The position numbers and the translations under genes are program-made. The notes beneath the pieces are model-generated. The model made no database searches. It was not told the DNA's origin and was given only the letters and a program-made list of their open reading frames with translations. From the human T2T-CHM13v2.0 reference genome, Homo sapiens, in the NCBI RefSeq assembly GCF_009914755.1, contig NC_060928.1: a DNA stretch of 64,000 nt. One strand, 5' to 3'. This document shows, piece by piece, positions 15,286 through 29,870 of the stretch. How positions within the stretch are numbered: the first letter of the stretch is position 1; the number at the start of each line of letters is the position of its first letter.

Positions 15286-15731
15286 TGCCAACCTAAAAGG
15301 AAGAAGTTGAGGCAAAATTAATATAAGTGGAGAGTTTATTTGGGCCAAGCTTGAGAATTGCAACTCAGGAGCACAGATTCAAGTTGCCCTGAATATACAC
15401 TCCAATTAGCAGCAGTTACAAGTGGATTTTTAAAGGCAAAAAAGGGGACTCATACACAGTTGTTTGTCAGAAATTCTCATTGGCTTATTGTTACAGAAAT
15501 AATAGTGATTAGTGATTGGCTAAACATTGTTAAGCTATAGGGTGTGAGTTATAGTGTCCAGTGTGACATTATTAGGCTAATTTATAGCTACTTGTGGCAA
15601 TAGCAAGAAGTTTCAAAACATGAATACATAGCTCAAAGTGGGGAGTGAGACATCACTGTGGGTTCACTTTAAGGTTTTTCTGCACCTGATAATTAAAAGA
15701 ACTAGCATTCTCAGATAACAGTTCTTTTCTC
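15286..15731 (-). mobile_element. ERV1-class solo LTR (MER57/MER93/LTR54-like)
   Basis: Minus strand has CCAAT boxes, a TATA-like tttaaaaa, AATAAA and ends '...ttttaggttggca'; subfamily uncertain. Confidence 0.65.
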
Positions 15732-15734
15732 CCT

Positions 15735-16305
<571 letters not shown>

Positions 16306-16791
16306 TTAGAAATCTCACCACCTGACCTCTTACGTTTCCAAATTCTTCCATCTGTTACCCCTGGTCCATATGTTTTGCAATGTCCTTGGAAACCCTAGGC
16401 CATTGATCCTTTCACTTTTCCCTTATTCATTAGCCTCCTCCTCTATTTGCTTGTCTCCCTGACCATCTTTTATTTCCTAGTCCATGGTTTCATTGATGCC
16501 ATCCTAGGCTTTTTCTTTTTTGGTCTATCGATTCCAACCACCAGCTCCATTCTCTGTGCTTATGCCCAGGTGGCTGAGTGCTACTAGAGACAGCCACTTA
16601 GTTAATACCAAGATTATACCTGATTATACAAGAGTATAGTAATCTATAGTGCTGACTTCGATTCAGCCTTTGGTGCCACCTGTCAATTTTACAAAGTTCT
16701 TGTTCTTACTTTCCAGAATGGTTACTTCAAACTGTTTCCATTGTTTTTAGAACTTTTTCTACTTCCTTATTCTCAGTTGATGATGTCACCT

Positions 16792-17378
16792 TGTGGTCAG
16801 CAGAATGGGCCCACAAAGTTGAGCACACCCTAATCTGTGGAACCTGTGAATGTATTATATTACATGGCAAAAGTGACTTTGAAGATGTAATTAGGATTGT
16901 AGGCTTGAACACAGTGATAGTATACTGGATTATCCAGGTAGGCCCAATTTAATCACATGAGCCCTTAAAAGTGGAGAATGTTCACCAGCTCAGGCAGGAA
17001 GATGTGGCTGAAGCAGAAGGCAGAAACATTCCATGTGTGAGAGCATTCCACACACTGTCACTGATCTGGAACAGATGCCTCTAGGAGCTAAGAGTGGTCC
17101 CCAGTTGAGAGCCGGCAAGATATTAGAAACCTTCGTCCTGCACCTGGAAGCAACTAGATTCTGCTAACAACTTGAATGAGTTTGGAAGCTTGCCAGAGTC
17201 CCCTAATGAGAGCCCAACTGGCCAACACCTTGATGTCAGCCTCATGAAACTCAGAAAAGAGAAACCAGCAGAGAAGTCTATAGAACTTCTGACTTGCAGA
17301 ACTGTGAGATAATACATTGGTGTTGGTTTAGGCTGGTAAATTTGTCATTCATTTGGTATAGCAGCAATCGAAAACTGA
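16792..17378 (+). mobile_element. MLT1E/D-like MaLR LTR
   Basis: 'tgtggtcagcagaat...ttacatggcaaaagtgactttg...ttctgctaacaacttgaatgag...gaactgtgagataata'. Confidence 0.75.
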
Positions 17379-17419
17379 CCCATGTCTCCTAACAGAAAAA
17401 TTGAAGCATCAAAAGGAAC

Positions 17420-17695
17420 TTTTTCTTTTATTTTTTTGAGACAGGGTCTGGTTCTGTCACCCAATCTGGAGTATAGTGGCACAATCTTGGCTCACTGCAA
17501 CCCCCATCTCCCCGACTCCAGCCATCCTCCCACCTCAGCCTCCCAAGTAGCTGTAGGCATTCGTTCCATACCTGGCTCATTTTTGTGTTTTTTGTAGACA
17601 TGGGCTTTCACCATGTTGCCCAGGCTGGTCTTGAATTCCTGGCCTCAAGCATCCGCCCACCTTGGCCTCCCAAAGTGCTGGGATTACAGGTGTGA
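17420..17695 (-). mobile_element. Alu (AluJ-like)
   Basis: Diverged dimer; TSD-like aaaaggaactttt / aaaagaacctttt. Confidence 0.9.
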
Positions 17696-18067
17696 AAAGA
17701 ACCTTTTCAACTTTGTACAAGCAGCCTATGAACACAGATGCACCACTCCCATGCTTTTCTTTTCCCTTCCTCTCCCTTGTTGTTTTGGAGGAGTTGTTCC
17801 CTCTAATCTTTCAGGCTATTACTTCCATCTGTGTTCAGATGCTATTTCCTCCTGACTTCTCATGAACCTCAACTCCTCACTAACCTCTCCATTACCTCTT
17901 TCCTTATGTCCTTTACAGATTCCTTCCCATCAGTGGTCCATCAATTTTAGAACATTTTCATCAGTCTAGAGAAAACCCTGTACCCATTAGTAGTCACTCT
18001 TCATTTCTCACCAACCCAAATTATATTTTAACAAACTTATTCTGGGAATGCTTTAGCATCCCTCTTG

Positions 18068-18340
18068 TTTATTTATGAGACACGGTCTTGCACTGTTGCC
18101 CAGGCTGGAGTGCAGTGGCACTATTACAGCTCATTGCAGCCTCAATCTCCTGGGCTCAAGCGATCTTCCCACCTCAGCCTCCTAAGTAGCTAAGGCTACA
18201 GGTGTGTGTCACTATACCTGTCTATTTTTTTTTTAATTGTAGAGATGGGAAGGTGGGTTCTCGAACTGCTAGGCTCAAGTAATCCTCCACCTTAGCCTGT
18301 CAAAGAGTTGGGATTACATGTGTAAGCCACTGTGCCAGGT
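18068..18340 (-). mobile_element. Alu (AluJ-like)
   Basis: 'gagacacggtcttgcactgttgcccaggctggagtgcagtgg...cagctcattgcagcctc'. Confidence 0.9.
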
Positions 18341-18399
18341 GTGCACCCTTTACTGACCAGCTGTCCAGGAAGCCAACTCACAGGTTCTCTGCTGAACCA

Positions 18400-19050
18400 G
18401 CTCTTCCTCACCCTACTCAATCAGAATTCCACATCTCCATAGCATAAGCAAACTCCCTCTGGTTAAGGTCAACAAAGACCTCAATGTCACCAAACCCAAT
18501 GGACATTTTCTAGTCTCTATTTCACTTGCTGTCTCAGGAACATTTGATATAAATGGCATCTCATCTTTCTCAAAAAGAGGCTTTTCGTTGGCTTCCTTGT
18601 CACCACATTCTCCTGGTTTTCTTCTCTCTCTGGACCTGTATTTGTAGCCTCATTTGCGATGTTTTCCTACTTTACCTAAACTATAATGGGTTTTCCCTTG
18701 GACATCTTCTCACTCTCTAATATTTCCAGACAATCTCGGTTGATTTTCCGTGGAATCCTTTACTATTACATGCTGGCTATTCTCAAATTTGTATCTCCAG
18801 TCCATGCCTCTTTTTCTGAGTTCCAGACTAGTATCATCAGCTGCTCACTTTTCATTTATACATCTCACACCTCAAACTCATCAAGTTTGAAACTCATCAT
18901 TTGCCCCCCAAAAGCTGCTGCTGTCTCAGCACTCCCTGTCTTGGTAAAGGGCACCACCATCCACCAAAGAGCTCAAACCAAAAAAAATATAGAAGTCATC
19001 TTTGGCTTCATCCTCATATCCCAACTGATCTGCAAATCCTGCAATAAACA
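18400..19050 (+). mobile_element. L2 fragment
   Basis: 'aaggtcaacaaagacctcaatgtcaccaaacccaatggacattttc...catttgat', 'ttctcctggttttcttc'. Confidence 0.7.
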
Positions 19051-19127
19051 TCCTCATGCAAAATTAAAAAAAGAAAAACCTTTCAATTCCTGAGACATAT
19101 GTTCGTTTAGAAGGTAACATGGTGATT

Positions 19128-19439
19128 CTTTTTCTTTTTCTTTTTTATTTTCTTTTGAGACAGAGTCTCGCTCTGTTGCCTAGGCTGGAGTGCAGTGAAA
19201 GGATCTTAGCTCATTGCAAACTCCCCCTCCCAGGGTCCAGCGATTTTCATGCCTCAGCCTCCTGAGTAGCTGGGATTACAGGCATGTGCTACCATGCCTG
19301 GCTAATTTTTTGTATTTTTAGTATAGACGGGGTTTCACTATGTTGGCCAGGTTGGTCTTGAACTCCTGGCCTGACGTGATCTGCCTGCCTTGGCCTCCCA
19401 AAGTGCTAGGATTATAGCCATGAGCCACTGTGCCCGGAC
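19128..19439 (-). mobile_element. Alu (AluS)
   Basis: Full dimer; TSD catggtgattctt (19118-19130) / catggagattctt (19440-19452). Confidence 0.95.
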
Positions 19440-20670
19440 CATGGAGATTCTTAGATAAACAGCCATGGGCACAAAGTAGGAATTCAATACAAATTTGTGG
19501 GTTGAGCAAATGACTTTAGATATGTTCAGATTCGAGTTACTGTAAGAGGAAATAAGTACTATAGATCTACATGTTTTCCTAAATCAGTATGTTTTATCAA
19601 ATCAAAGAAATACCTGTAAAACTTGATTTATGCTGCCTTGGAGAAAACAATGGACAAGAACACACTTATCTATCATCCATTTCTCTCCCTTGAAACACTC
19701 AGTGCCATTATTTTTGAAAGGTGATGAATTGCAAATTTTGTCACTTTTCATACATGGTAAGAACAAAAGGTGCAGTTAAAAAACAAAAAAAAATCATCTT
19801 TCTGTGAAAAGGATGTTACTATTTCTTAAAACATAGAAATTAAGATGAGTAATTTGCTTTCTCATATGTTGATAATGAATAGATTGAAAAAACTTCGTAT
19901 CATCCATTATCAATTATATTATTTAATATATGTACTTGGGGATATTTAAATGGTATAATAAAATGACCTAATTACTTATTTCACAATATTTAAACTGAGG
20001 CACAATAGTAACCACTAATTCAAAACTACCCATTCAACAGCCTTCCACACAGAGGCTTATGAGGGAACTACAGGGTTTATATCAGCCAACAGTGCAGGCA
20101 GAACTGCAAGCTTTGTTTGGAGCTTTTTGACTTTATCCATGTACACAGGCCAAAAAGCCCACAATATCAATTGAGATCTGTAGAAAATTGTATTTAGACT
20201 TATCCCATAATGTCCAAATATTTGGATCATGAAGTAGGGAGTAGGTGGGATATTCACGCAAACTTACTTATAGATGGCTATACATTTGAATCTAGTCATT
20301 CAGTGTTACCAATGGATAGGACACCCATGCTTCTGAATTAGCTCTGTGATTGTCTATAAAAACTGCTGATTTGAATTTTGACTGCATCCTAGCAAACCAA
20401 TCCATTTGCTATTGCCTTCTGGGCAAAATGCCTGGGCTTTGTAAATTTGAAAATGAGCTCCTTATTGAAGGGGAAAAATAAACCCCAGGACAATAACTTT
20501 CGATTGGTGGTCTCCTCTGGGTTCTAACCTTTAAAAGTAGCTCTAAAAGAGTCCATTTTCCACAACAATGATGTTGAGCCCTTGGTTAATTTTAGGAGCA
20601 TTTTCATTTGGGGGAAACTTCTGTATTGTGACAACATCTTTTTTTGGTTTTATATTTTAAAAATTTGGGG

Positions 20671-22012
<1,342 letters not shown>

Positions 22013-22864
22013 CTGTGACGACATCTTGAAGTTGCGAGTTTGGGGATTGCCTGCCTTGTATATTCTTTTCTGTTACCATCATCTTTAATAGCCACAAATG
22101 ACTGTTGACCCACATGATATCTGCACTAGAAACCCAAAGATTCCCGTCATTATTTTTGTTGATTATATGGAAGCACCCATAAACCAGCGCAAATCCTAAA
22201 CATAATTATCTTGTCCAGAAGGAGACATTAATGTAAAACTTATGTCAAGAAAGATTTAGCCACATTCCCTCGGATTGGTCATTCCTAGTTAGAGTCCTTG
22301 AGGCTGCCATCGTTTACTTTGAAAACTGCCCAGCAGGTGTATGAATAGCAACTCCAGGACAATGTAGAACCATTACCATTTTAAAGACAGCAATCCCCCT
22401 TTTAAAAAACTACTGAGGCCTTCGAAGAAACCACACGGCTGCCTTGGGCCCCAAAAGCTGCGGAAAAGCGCAGTATTCAGTTAAGCAAATAACTACTTAC
22501 ACTGTTTATTTTGGTTACGATTCCTTAAGTGAGAAGTAAATCAATTAACAGGACAAATGACACGATGGTTAGGCACGAAAGGGACAGTGCTGCCACCTCA
22601 TTAGCTTGGAGCAACCTTCCAGCTCATACCATGCGGACTGATGACTAACCTTGCCAGGCAACGCTGTGAGGTTTGGAAACCCACCTCTTTGACCTAGGCC
22701 CGGTCAACACCGATAAACCCTCTGAATCAACGCTGGCGCTCCCAAGCCCACTCACACGCCGTCAGGAAGCAGTTTCCGAAACAGGCCGGGTGCGGGGGTG
22801 GGGGATCCCGTTCCAGCCCCACCCCTGAAAGTTGCTGGGAGTGGCACCCAAAGAACTTTCCCAG

Positions 22865-23093
22865 ATTGATCTCTGTTGCCGCTCAGGGAGGTCAGCTCCA
22901 GGCCCTCAGCCTTTCGGCCGGGAGCCAAACTGCCCTGCCTGCCAAGCCCCTCCTTCTCTGCACCTTAAACAGCCGCGAGGGGAGAGTCGGCTGGGATTTT
23001 CTTCTTAAGAAGTCGCGCAGGTTTTTCGAGCTCCACTCTGCGCCAGGAGAGCCACGGCAGCAGGAACGGGCACTGCTGCCACCGGGCCGACGG
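22865..23093 (+). other. SGMS2: Alternative non-coding first exon (upstream, '1a'); start approximate
   Basis: Strong donor CGG|gtgagt after 23093; no ATG in the interval. The start is from recollection of RefSeq, not visible in the sequence. Confidence 0.55.
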
Positions 23094-23231
23094 GTGAGTC
23101 ACTGTTTGGAAATGGAGTGGGCGGGCGAGGGTGTGAGAGAATGAATGATGTCAAGAGCGCGCTGGGCGCAGGGCGCAGGGAGCGGGCCGCGCGCGGCGGG
23201 CGGGGAGAGCGGGCGCGGGGCCGCGGTCAAC

Positions 23232-23553
23232 ACTGAGCGCCGCGCCGTGGGCCGAGTGGGGCGGGGAGACCCAGCCCTCGGCGCGCACGGAGCCTGGCCG
23301 GTGCTGCAGCGCCGCCGAGTGCGGCCTCGGGGGCGGCGGCCGCGGGAGGGACCCGGAGAGCTGCTTCCCCTAGTCAGGCCGCGGCGTGGGAGGGCGAGAC
23401 CCCGAGCAAACTTTCTAGCGGCTTCGGCCCGAGGGTGGTGACGCCCGGGGCTGGTCGCGGCGGCTGCGGCAGCGGGCTCCATCCCCTGGCAAATCCCCTT
23501 CCCGGGAGCAAGTGCCTTCAGCTGGGAGTGTCTGGAGCCCTGGCCACCAGCGG
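23232..23553 (+). other. SGMS2: Non-coding first exon ('1b'); start approximate
   Basis: Donor CGG|gtaagg after 23553; no ATG. The 33.2-kb distance to the 82-nt exon agrees with my memory of SGMS2 intron 1. Confidence 0.75.
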
Positions 23554-23878
23554 GTAAGGAGCGCGCGGAGGGGCCAGGAGGAGGATGGGCTGGGGAGCGG
23601 AGAGTCCTCCGAAGCGCGGGAGGGGAAAGGTGGATTGCGAAGCGGGGACGTGGCTCTAATCCGGCCCCCACCCTCCCCGCCCAGGGCATGCTTCCTCGAT
23701 TTTGTGGTCTGGAGGAGAGATGTGTGCCTTAGTCTCCTTCCTCTGAGCAGTCATCTCATTCATTTGCAACCCATTTCGGGTACCCCGGTCCTGGCGTTGG
23801 AAGGGCACAGGTTAAACCCCAGATTGTCCAGAACCACTCCGGAGGTCAGGGCTGAAGTTCAGTTGGTGGAGGAGGGAC

Positions 23879-23941
23879 TGTGTGTGTGTGTTTGTGTGTG
23901 TGGTTTTTCTTTTCTTTCTCTTTTTTTTTTTTTTTTTTTTT
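23879..23941. repeat. (TG)n followed by a T-rich tract
   Basis: Seen directly. Confidence 0.9.
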
Positions 23942-24289
23942 GAGAGGCACTTACTGATGATGTGTGAACAGTAACAGCCCAGCTCTGGGCAGCCCACACC
24001 GAAACCCTTCAACGTGTGGCATTCCAGAGCTGCTCCCTTTACGGAAGGGAAGACTTGGTTTCTCAGCGAAAATAAGGGGCGGGGAACCCCTGTCAACATC
24101 CATCCAGAGGTATGGATAATCATTAATTATCCACGGCTTGAAACCAACTCAAAATGTTATGTCCTGTAGTCTTTTTTATTTATTAATGTTGCCGGTCCTC
24201 TATTTCAAGTCTTGCCTGCTCTGAAATGACCTTAAAATCATTTTGACATGTGTGTTATATTTTGAAGAGATTCAACTGTTTAGTGTCAC

Positions 24290-24540
24290 TGGATTCGGCG
24301 TGGGTTTTCAATCTGTACCTAACTTTTCAAATCCTTGGTTTCATTACCAGTCTCCTCTATTAACGGTGGGTGCTCAGGCACATTAAACATTCTGAACCAG
24401 TAAAATGGGATTATAGCTACTTCAGATAATAAGGTGGATTAAATAAGGATTAATAATGAGGATAATAATGAGGATTAAAGCGCAAAAGACTTCTCATAAT
24501 GTCTGGTACAAAGCAGACCCCAACAAATTATAGCTGTTTA
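24290..24540 (+). mobile_element. MIR
   Basis: 'gtaaaatgggattatagctacttcag...gaggattaaag'. Confidence 0.5.
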
Positions 24541-25972
24541 TATATAAATAATAGTGTGTTGCAGCTGGCTTAGGTAATAACCAATTAATTTCCACAGAAT
24601 GTCCTCCTTATAAGCCTGGTGGGCCGAGGGTTAGCATGTGAAATCCTTTGGCAAGTTCCTTAGATTGGGAAGTGATGTTTTCAGCAAGTTAAACATTTTT
24701 AGTACGGATACCTGAGAAGGTTATGGTTTCCATCCTGTGTCATGGGAACTGCCATTTACTGTTTAAACAATGTCAGAGCAATGGCTGAAAGTGACAACCT
24801 GGAATTTACAGGAAGAAAGGACGTGAGGAAGCTAACTTTACCTTTACCTTTTTTTTTTCCTAAAGAAGCAGTGCAAGCAGTGCAAAATTTCCTCTTTATG
24901 GCCCTTTCCTTGGTCTTCTAATGTTCTTACTTCACAATAGTCTGGTTGAAGTGTTTTTTTTTTTAACAAGTTAATGTTTAATTTGGTTCCTTTGGTTTCA
25001 TTTTTAAGTAAAGCTAGTTGACTTGTGAACCTAGAGGGAAACACTTGGACACCTTGAGGTGGCTGCACCTTGTTCTGAGTTTCTCCCCTCGCAGAATCTC
25101 ATAAAAGCCCTAGGAAATGTTTGGAAGAAACTTTAGCACTTGTGCACGTTATTGAAGACATTTGCTCTTACCATAACTATAACAACTTACAGGGTGAAAG
25201 ATCTGGGAGCTGTCCTACGACAGTACCGTGTAGTGAGATCATGGACATGGGAATCCAGGAGACCTGAGGCTCTCTGAGCTGTGTTCCTTTGAGCAAGTTT
25301 ACTTAAACTCTTTGGGATTTTTGTGGGACTTTAAACAAAATATAGGGGAAAAATAGAAATAATCTTAGAACTATTAAAATAGACAATGGAGTATCAGTGA
25401 GAACTTTTTTTAAAAGTGATGCTTTGAGGTGAGATGTTTCTTTTTTAAAGGAATAATTACTGAGAGTTTTGGACAGTTTTAGACTAAACAATGACTTACC
25501 CACCTTTAGCGTGTTGTCTCAATGGAGAAATTGAAGGCTTTGTCTTGAACTACTAGTATCAGATATTTATTTGCTTAACGTTTAGTATGCAACAACTACA
25601 TAACAGCCACTGTGCTAGGGGCCAGCAATGCAAACGAAGGAGATAGTTGCTACCCCAAAGCTTATAGTCCAGTAGAGACCTCAGGCTGTGATTATCAAGA
25701 GGGGAAAAAAGGAGTCAAAAAAGGAGAGTGCTGGGGACTTGGGAAGAGACAAGAAGTGATTAGGCCGTCATAGGCTGCCTCCCACTGATAATAAGAGATC
25801 TGGTGGCATTCTGAATGGTCTTGAATAGGGGCTCGTAAATTCTTTATGAGGCCGAATAATAAAAGTATGCCTTGCTTTACACAGTAAAATATTACGGACA
25901 AGTGATAGCTCTTCAGTTTAAATAATTTTAAATATTCAAAGCAAGCTTGTTTAAATGAAATCTGAAGGGTCA

Positions 25973-26428
<456 letters not shown>

Positions 26429-26544
26429 TTATAAGTATAGGCAAAACAAATCAGCCATAATCTCACCACCCAGAAAATCATTTAACATTTCTATCTGCCC
26501 CCTCTTTATATTTTGCCCCTATGCACAGATAACACAAACAGCTA

Positions 26545-26715
26545 ACGAGTATTGATCTTACTATGGGCCAGGCAACGTGACAGTTGCTTTATACATCAAA
26601 TCTCTTGTAATCCCCACTCCAACCCGGTGAGGTAGGTACTCTTATTACCTTCTTTTACTGAGGATACAACTGTTTTAGGGAAATTAAGTAACTTTCCTGA
26701 AGTTGCAGCAGCTGA
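26545..26715 (-). mobile_element. MIR
   Basis: 'tgaggtaggtactcttattaccttcttttactgaggatacaactg...aagtaactttcctgaag'. Confidence 0.65.
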
Positions 26716-28041
26716 AATTTATCTCTACAAAAATGGGTTCATTCTCTATGTTCCAACTTACGTTTTCTCTCCTCATCCAAACATGGACAACTGTATGTCA
26801 CTAACATACTCTTACACAGCATCATTTTTAGTTTTCTGTTTTGTGGCTGTGTCTCAACCAGTCCCCTATCGCTGAACACTTAGTTTGTTGCCAGTGTTCA
26901 CTATTTTAAGCAGCTCTGCATTAAATCTTTCTAGCTATGTCTGTGTACACATTCTTGATTATTTCAGTTATTTTGCATTTTAAAAAGTGAAACATAATGT
27001 TTAATTTAGCTGCCCTTTTTTCTAAACTGTATTCAGAATTAGAGAACTTTTCCCTGTCTCTTTAATTTAAAATTTCAGAGTCTTAATTTCTGCGTTCCTT
27101 TAGCATATCTCATAAGATTTCAGCAATAGGATCAACCTTCTCTATGGAGTCGCACAGTGGAGCAGTAGCTCATTATGCAAGGAATTTATCTGTTGAAACG
27201 GGAACATACAAACTTTCTTAAAGTACTGTTTGTGTGTGTTATTTTTATTAGCCATGAAGCTAAATGTCTTTTTTGGGGAAGTATAGCAGAATGGAGAGGT
27301 GCTAATTTTGCCAAGGAGCTCTCTGAAGGACATTCTACTTCTACACTTTGATGAAGCATTAGAACCCAGTGAGACAGATGAATTAAATACTTTCAGGTGT
27401 TGCATTTAGCAGACTTATCACTACCTTTAGAATAAGTTCCATCCATTTTAAATAGGTCACCTGTTTTTTAAAACATTACACATTTGTTGTTTGACATTTT
27501 GGGGCTGATTTAATGAAAGTGCGAGAAATTTCTATTAGTTTATTTTTATTATAAATATAAAGCATTTCTTGAAACATTCTCAAGTTTTACAATAATATCA
27601 CATCTTTGCTACTCTGAGTCAAAATTTTAGTTTTTCATTCACTTTTCTATTTTGATTTCCAGTGTTAATTTATCTTTAAGGTTTTGATAAAGGATGTTAG
27701 AATATGAGTAGTGTTCATTTCAGCCACTTCATACAGATACCCAGATCAGTTCACTTTATTAATTTCTAACAATGACTTGTAATTCAAAGCAAAGTTTAAA
27801 GAAATAGCTAATAGAATTAAAGTCAAATCAGATAATGAGTTATTTTATAATTGGTTTCCCCTCTATTGACAAACCCCTATACAATTTGAAATTCAGCCTT
27901 ATAATTTTGTGTTTGTGTTTATTTAAATTGATATCTCGCTTAAAGCTTTCAAACTAAACTTGTGCAACTAACTGAATTATTTCTTTTATATGTACAGTCT
28001 TTCCTTTCACTATACCCCATTTACTATTTATATTATTATTC

Positions 28042-28173
28042 TTTTATTTTTTTAAATTGAGACAGAGTCTTGCTATGTTGCCCAGGCTGGTCTTGAATGC
28101 CTGGACTCAAGCGATCCTCCCACCTCAGCCTTCCAACGTGGTGAATAACAGGCATGAGCCACCCTTGTCAGCC
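28042..28173 (-). mobile_element. Alu monomer (FLAM-like)
   Basis: Single left-arm unit 'gagacagagtcttgctatgttgcccaggctggtcttgaa...caggcatgagccac'. Confidence 0.85.
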
Positions 28174-28183
28174 ATGCAATTCC

Positions 28184-29080
28184 TTTATTTTTCCTTCCAG
28201 CTTTTATTTTGGGTGTGCAGGTTTGTTACATGGGTAAATTATGTGTCACAGGGGTTTGATGTACATATTATTTTGTCACTCAGATAGCATAGTACCTGAT
28301 AGGTAGTTTTTCAGTCTTCACCCTCCTCCCACCCTCTGCCCTCAAGTAGGCCCCTGTGTCTGTGGTTCCCTTCTTAGGGTCCATGTCTGCTCAGTGTTTA
28401 GCTCCCACTTATAAGTGAGAACATGCAGTATTTGGTTTTCTGTTCCTGTGTTAATTCACTTAGGATAATGGCCTCCAGCTACATCCATGTTGCCACAAAG
28501 GACATGATTTCATTCATTTTTATGACTGCATAGTATTCCATGGTATGTATGTACCACGTTTTCTTTATCCAGTCCACTGTTGGTGGGCATCTAGGTTGAG
28601 TCCATGTGTTTGCTATTGTGAATAGAGCTGCGATGAACATACATGTGCATGTATCTTTATGGTAGAATGATTTTTATTCTTTTGGGTCTATATCTAGTAA
28701 TGGGATTGCTGGGTCAAATGGTAGTTCTGTTCTAAGTTCTTTGAGAAATCTCTAAACTGCTTTCCACAGTAATTAGCTGAGCCAATTTACATTCCCACCA
28801 GCAGTATATAAGTGTTCCCTTTTCTCTGCAACCTTGCCAGCATGTTTTTTGACTTTTTAATAATAGCCATTCTGACTAGTGTGAGATGGTATCTATTGTG
28901 GTTTTGATTTGCATTTCTCTAGTAATTAATGATGTTGAGCATTGTTTCCTATGCTTGTTGGCTGTGTGTATGTTGTCTTTTGAGAAGTCAGTTTGTGGGT
29001 TTGCCCATTTTTTAATGGGGTTGTTGGTTTTTTTTGCTTGTAAATGTTTAAGTTCCTCATAGATTCTAGATATTAGACCT
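28184..29080 (-). mobile_element. L1PA15/16-like 3' fragment
   Basis: 'gtgcaggtttgttacatgggtaaa...gctcccacttataagtgagaacatgcagtatttgg...tagccattctgactagtgtgagatgg'. Confidence 0.9.
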
Positions 29081-29649
29081 TAGATAGAGTCCTGTTTCCA
29101 AAGAGAAGTGGAGACCACTCAGGAAGACTTGCAGCATTAGTTGAACGTGAAGTTCAGTCTTTGAAACAGAGAGAGGTCAGTTGTGTGGGTTCTCCAAGCT
29201 TCTCCAAACACAGAAGATGGAGTTAGTGTTGATAAATAGTGGTGGTTAAATAATGATACTATAAGTACTAGTGAAGATTAAATGAACTGCTATCTTCATC
29301 TTCAGACAGCTCTGCAAAATGGAAATTATATCCACTCTGTAGGTGTGGAAGCAATTTGGAAAGTGTTTAAAGGTGAAACAAGGCAAAAGTACCCTTAAAG
29401 TAGCCAAGGGTACAGAGCTGGTGGGAAGTAGAGCAGGGATTTGAGGCCAGGCCCAGCTGATTCTAATGCCATGCACTTCCCAGTACCCTGCATGGCTTTC
29501 TGTTTTGTCTCCACTAGCTTCAGCGATATGTTGGGTTTTGAGAGACATAGTTTGATATAGGACTGTATGTGTATGCTCTCCTGGAACATTTCTGTGGTCC
29601 GTGCTGCCTTAAGATCATGAAATTATGCCAGAGGTGAACCCTGACAGGC

Positions 29650-29870
29650 TTAGGCCGGCTTGGACCTGAGTCACAGCACTGCCACTCATCACTAGATACC
29701 CTGGAGCAGCTTCCACAGGTGAACCTCCATTTCTTGGCTGTATAATGGGAGTAAAATAATATTTACCCCATAAGGTGACTATACGAATTACATGGCTCCC
29801 TGTGTATAAAACATTGAGAGTAATGCCTGCTTCATGGTAAATATTCAAGGGCTCAGCAATCATTATTTTC
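29650..29870 (+). mobile_element. MIR
   Basis: 'aacctccatttcttggctgtataatgggagtaaaataatatttacccc'. Confidence 0.6.

Larger units (their letters stand above)
22700..23750. promoter_or_regulatory. SGMS2: CpG island / TATA-less promoter, probably of SGMS2
   Basis: Abrupt rise in GC and CpG content; GC boxes (GGGCGG at 23198 and ~23259); RFX-like cttgccaggcaac (22650-22662); two splice donors. Confidence 0.9.

Noticed and set aside
23099-23689. 196-aa Pro/Arg/Ala-rich minus-strand ORF
   Set aside because: Expected from stop-codon scarcity in a CpG island; no domain features.
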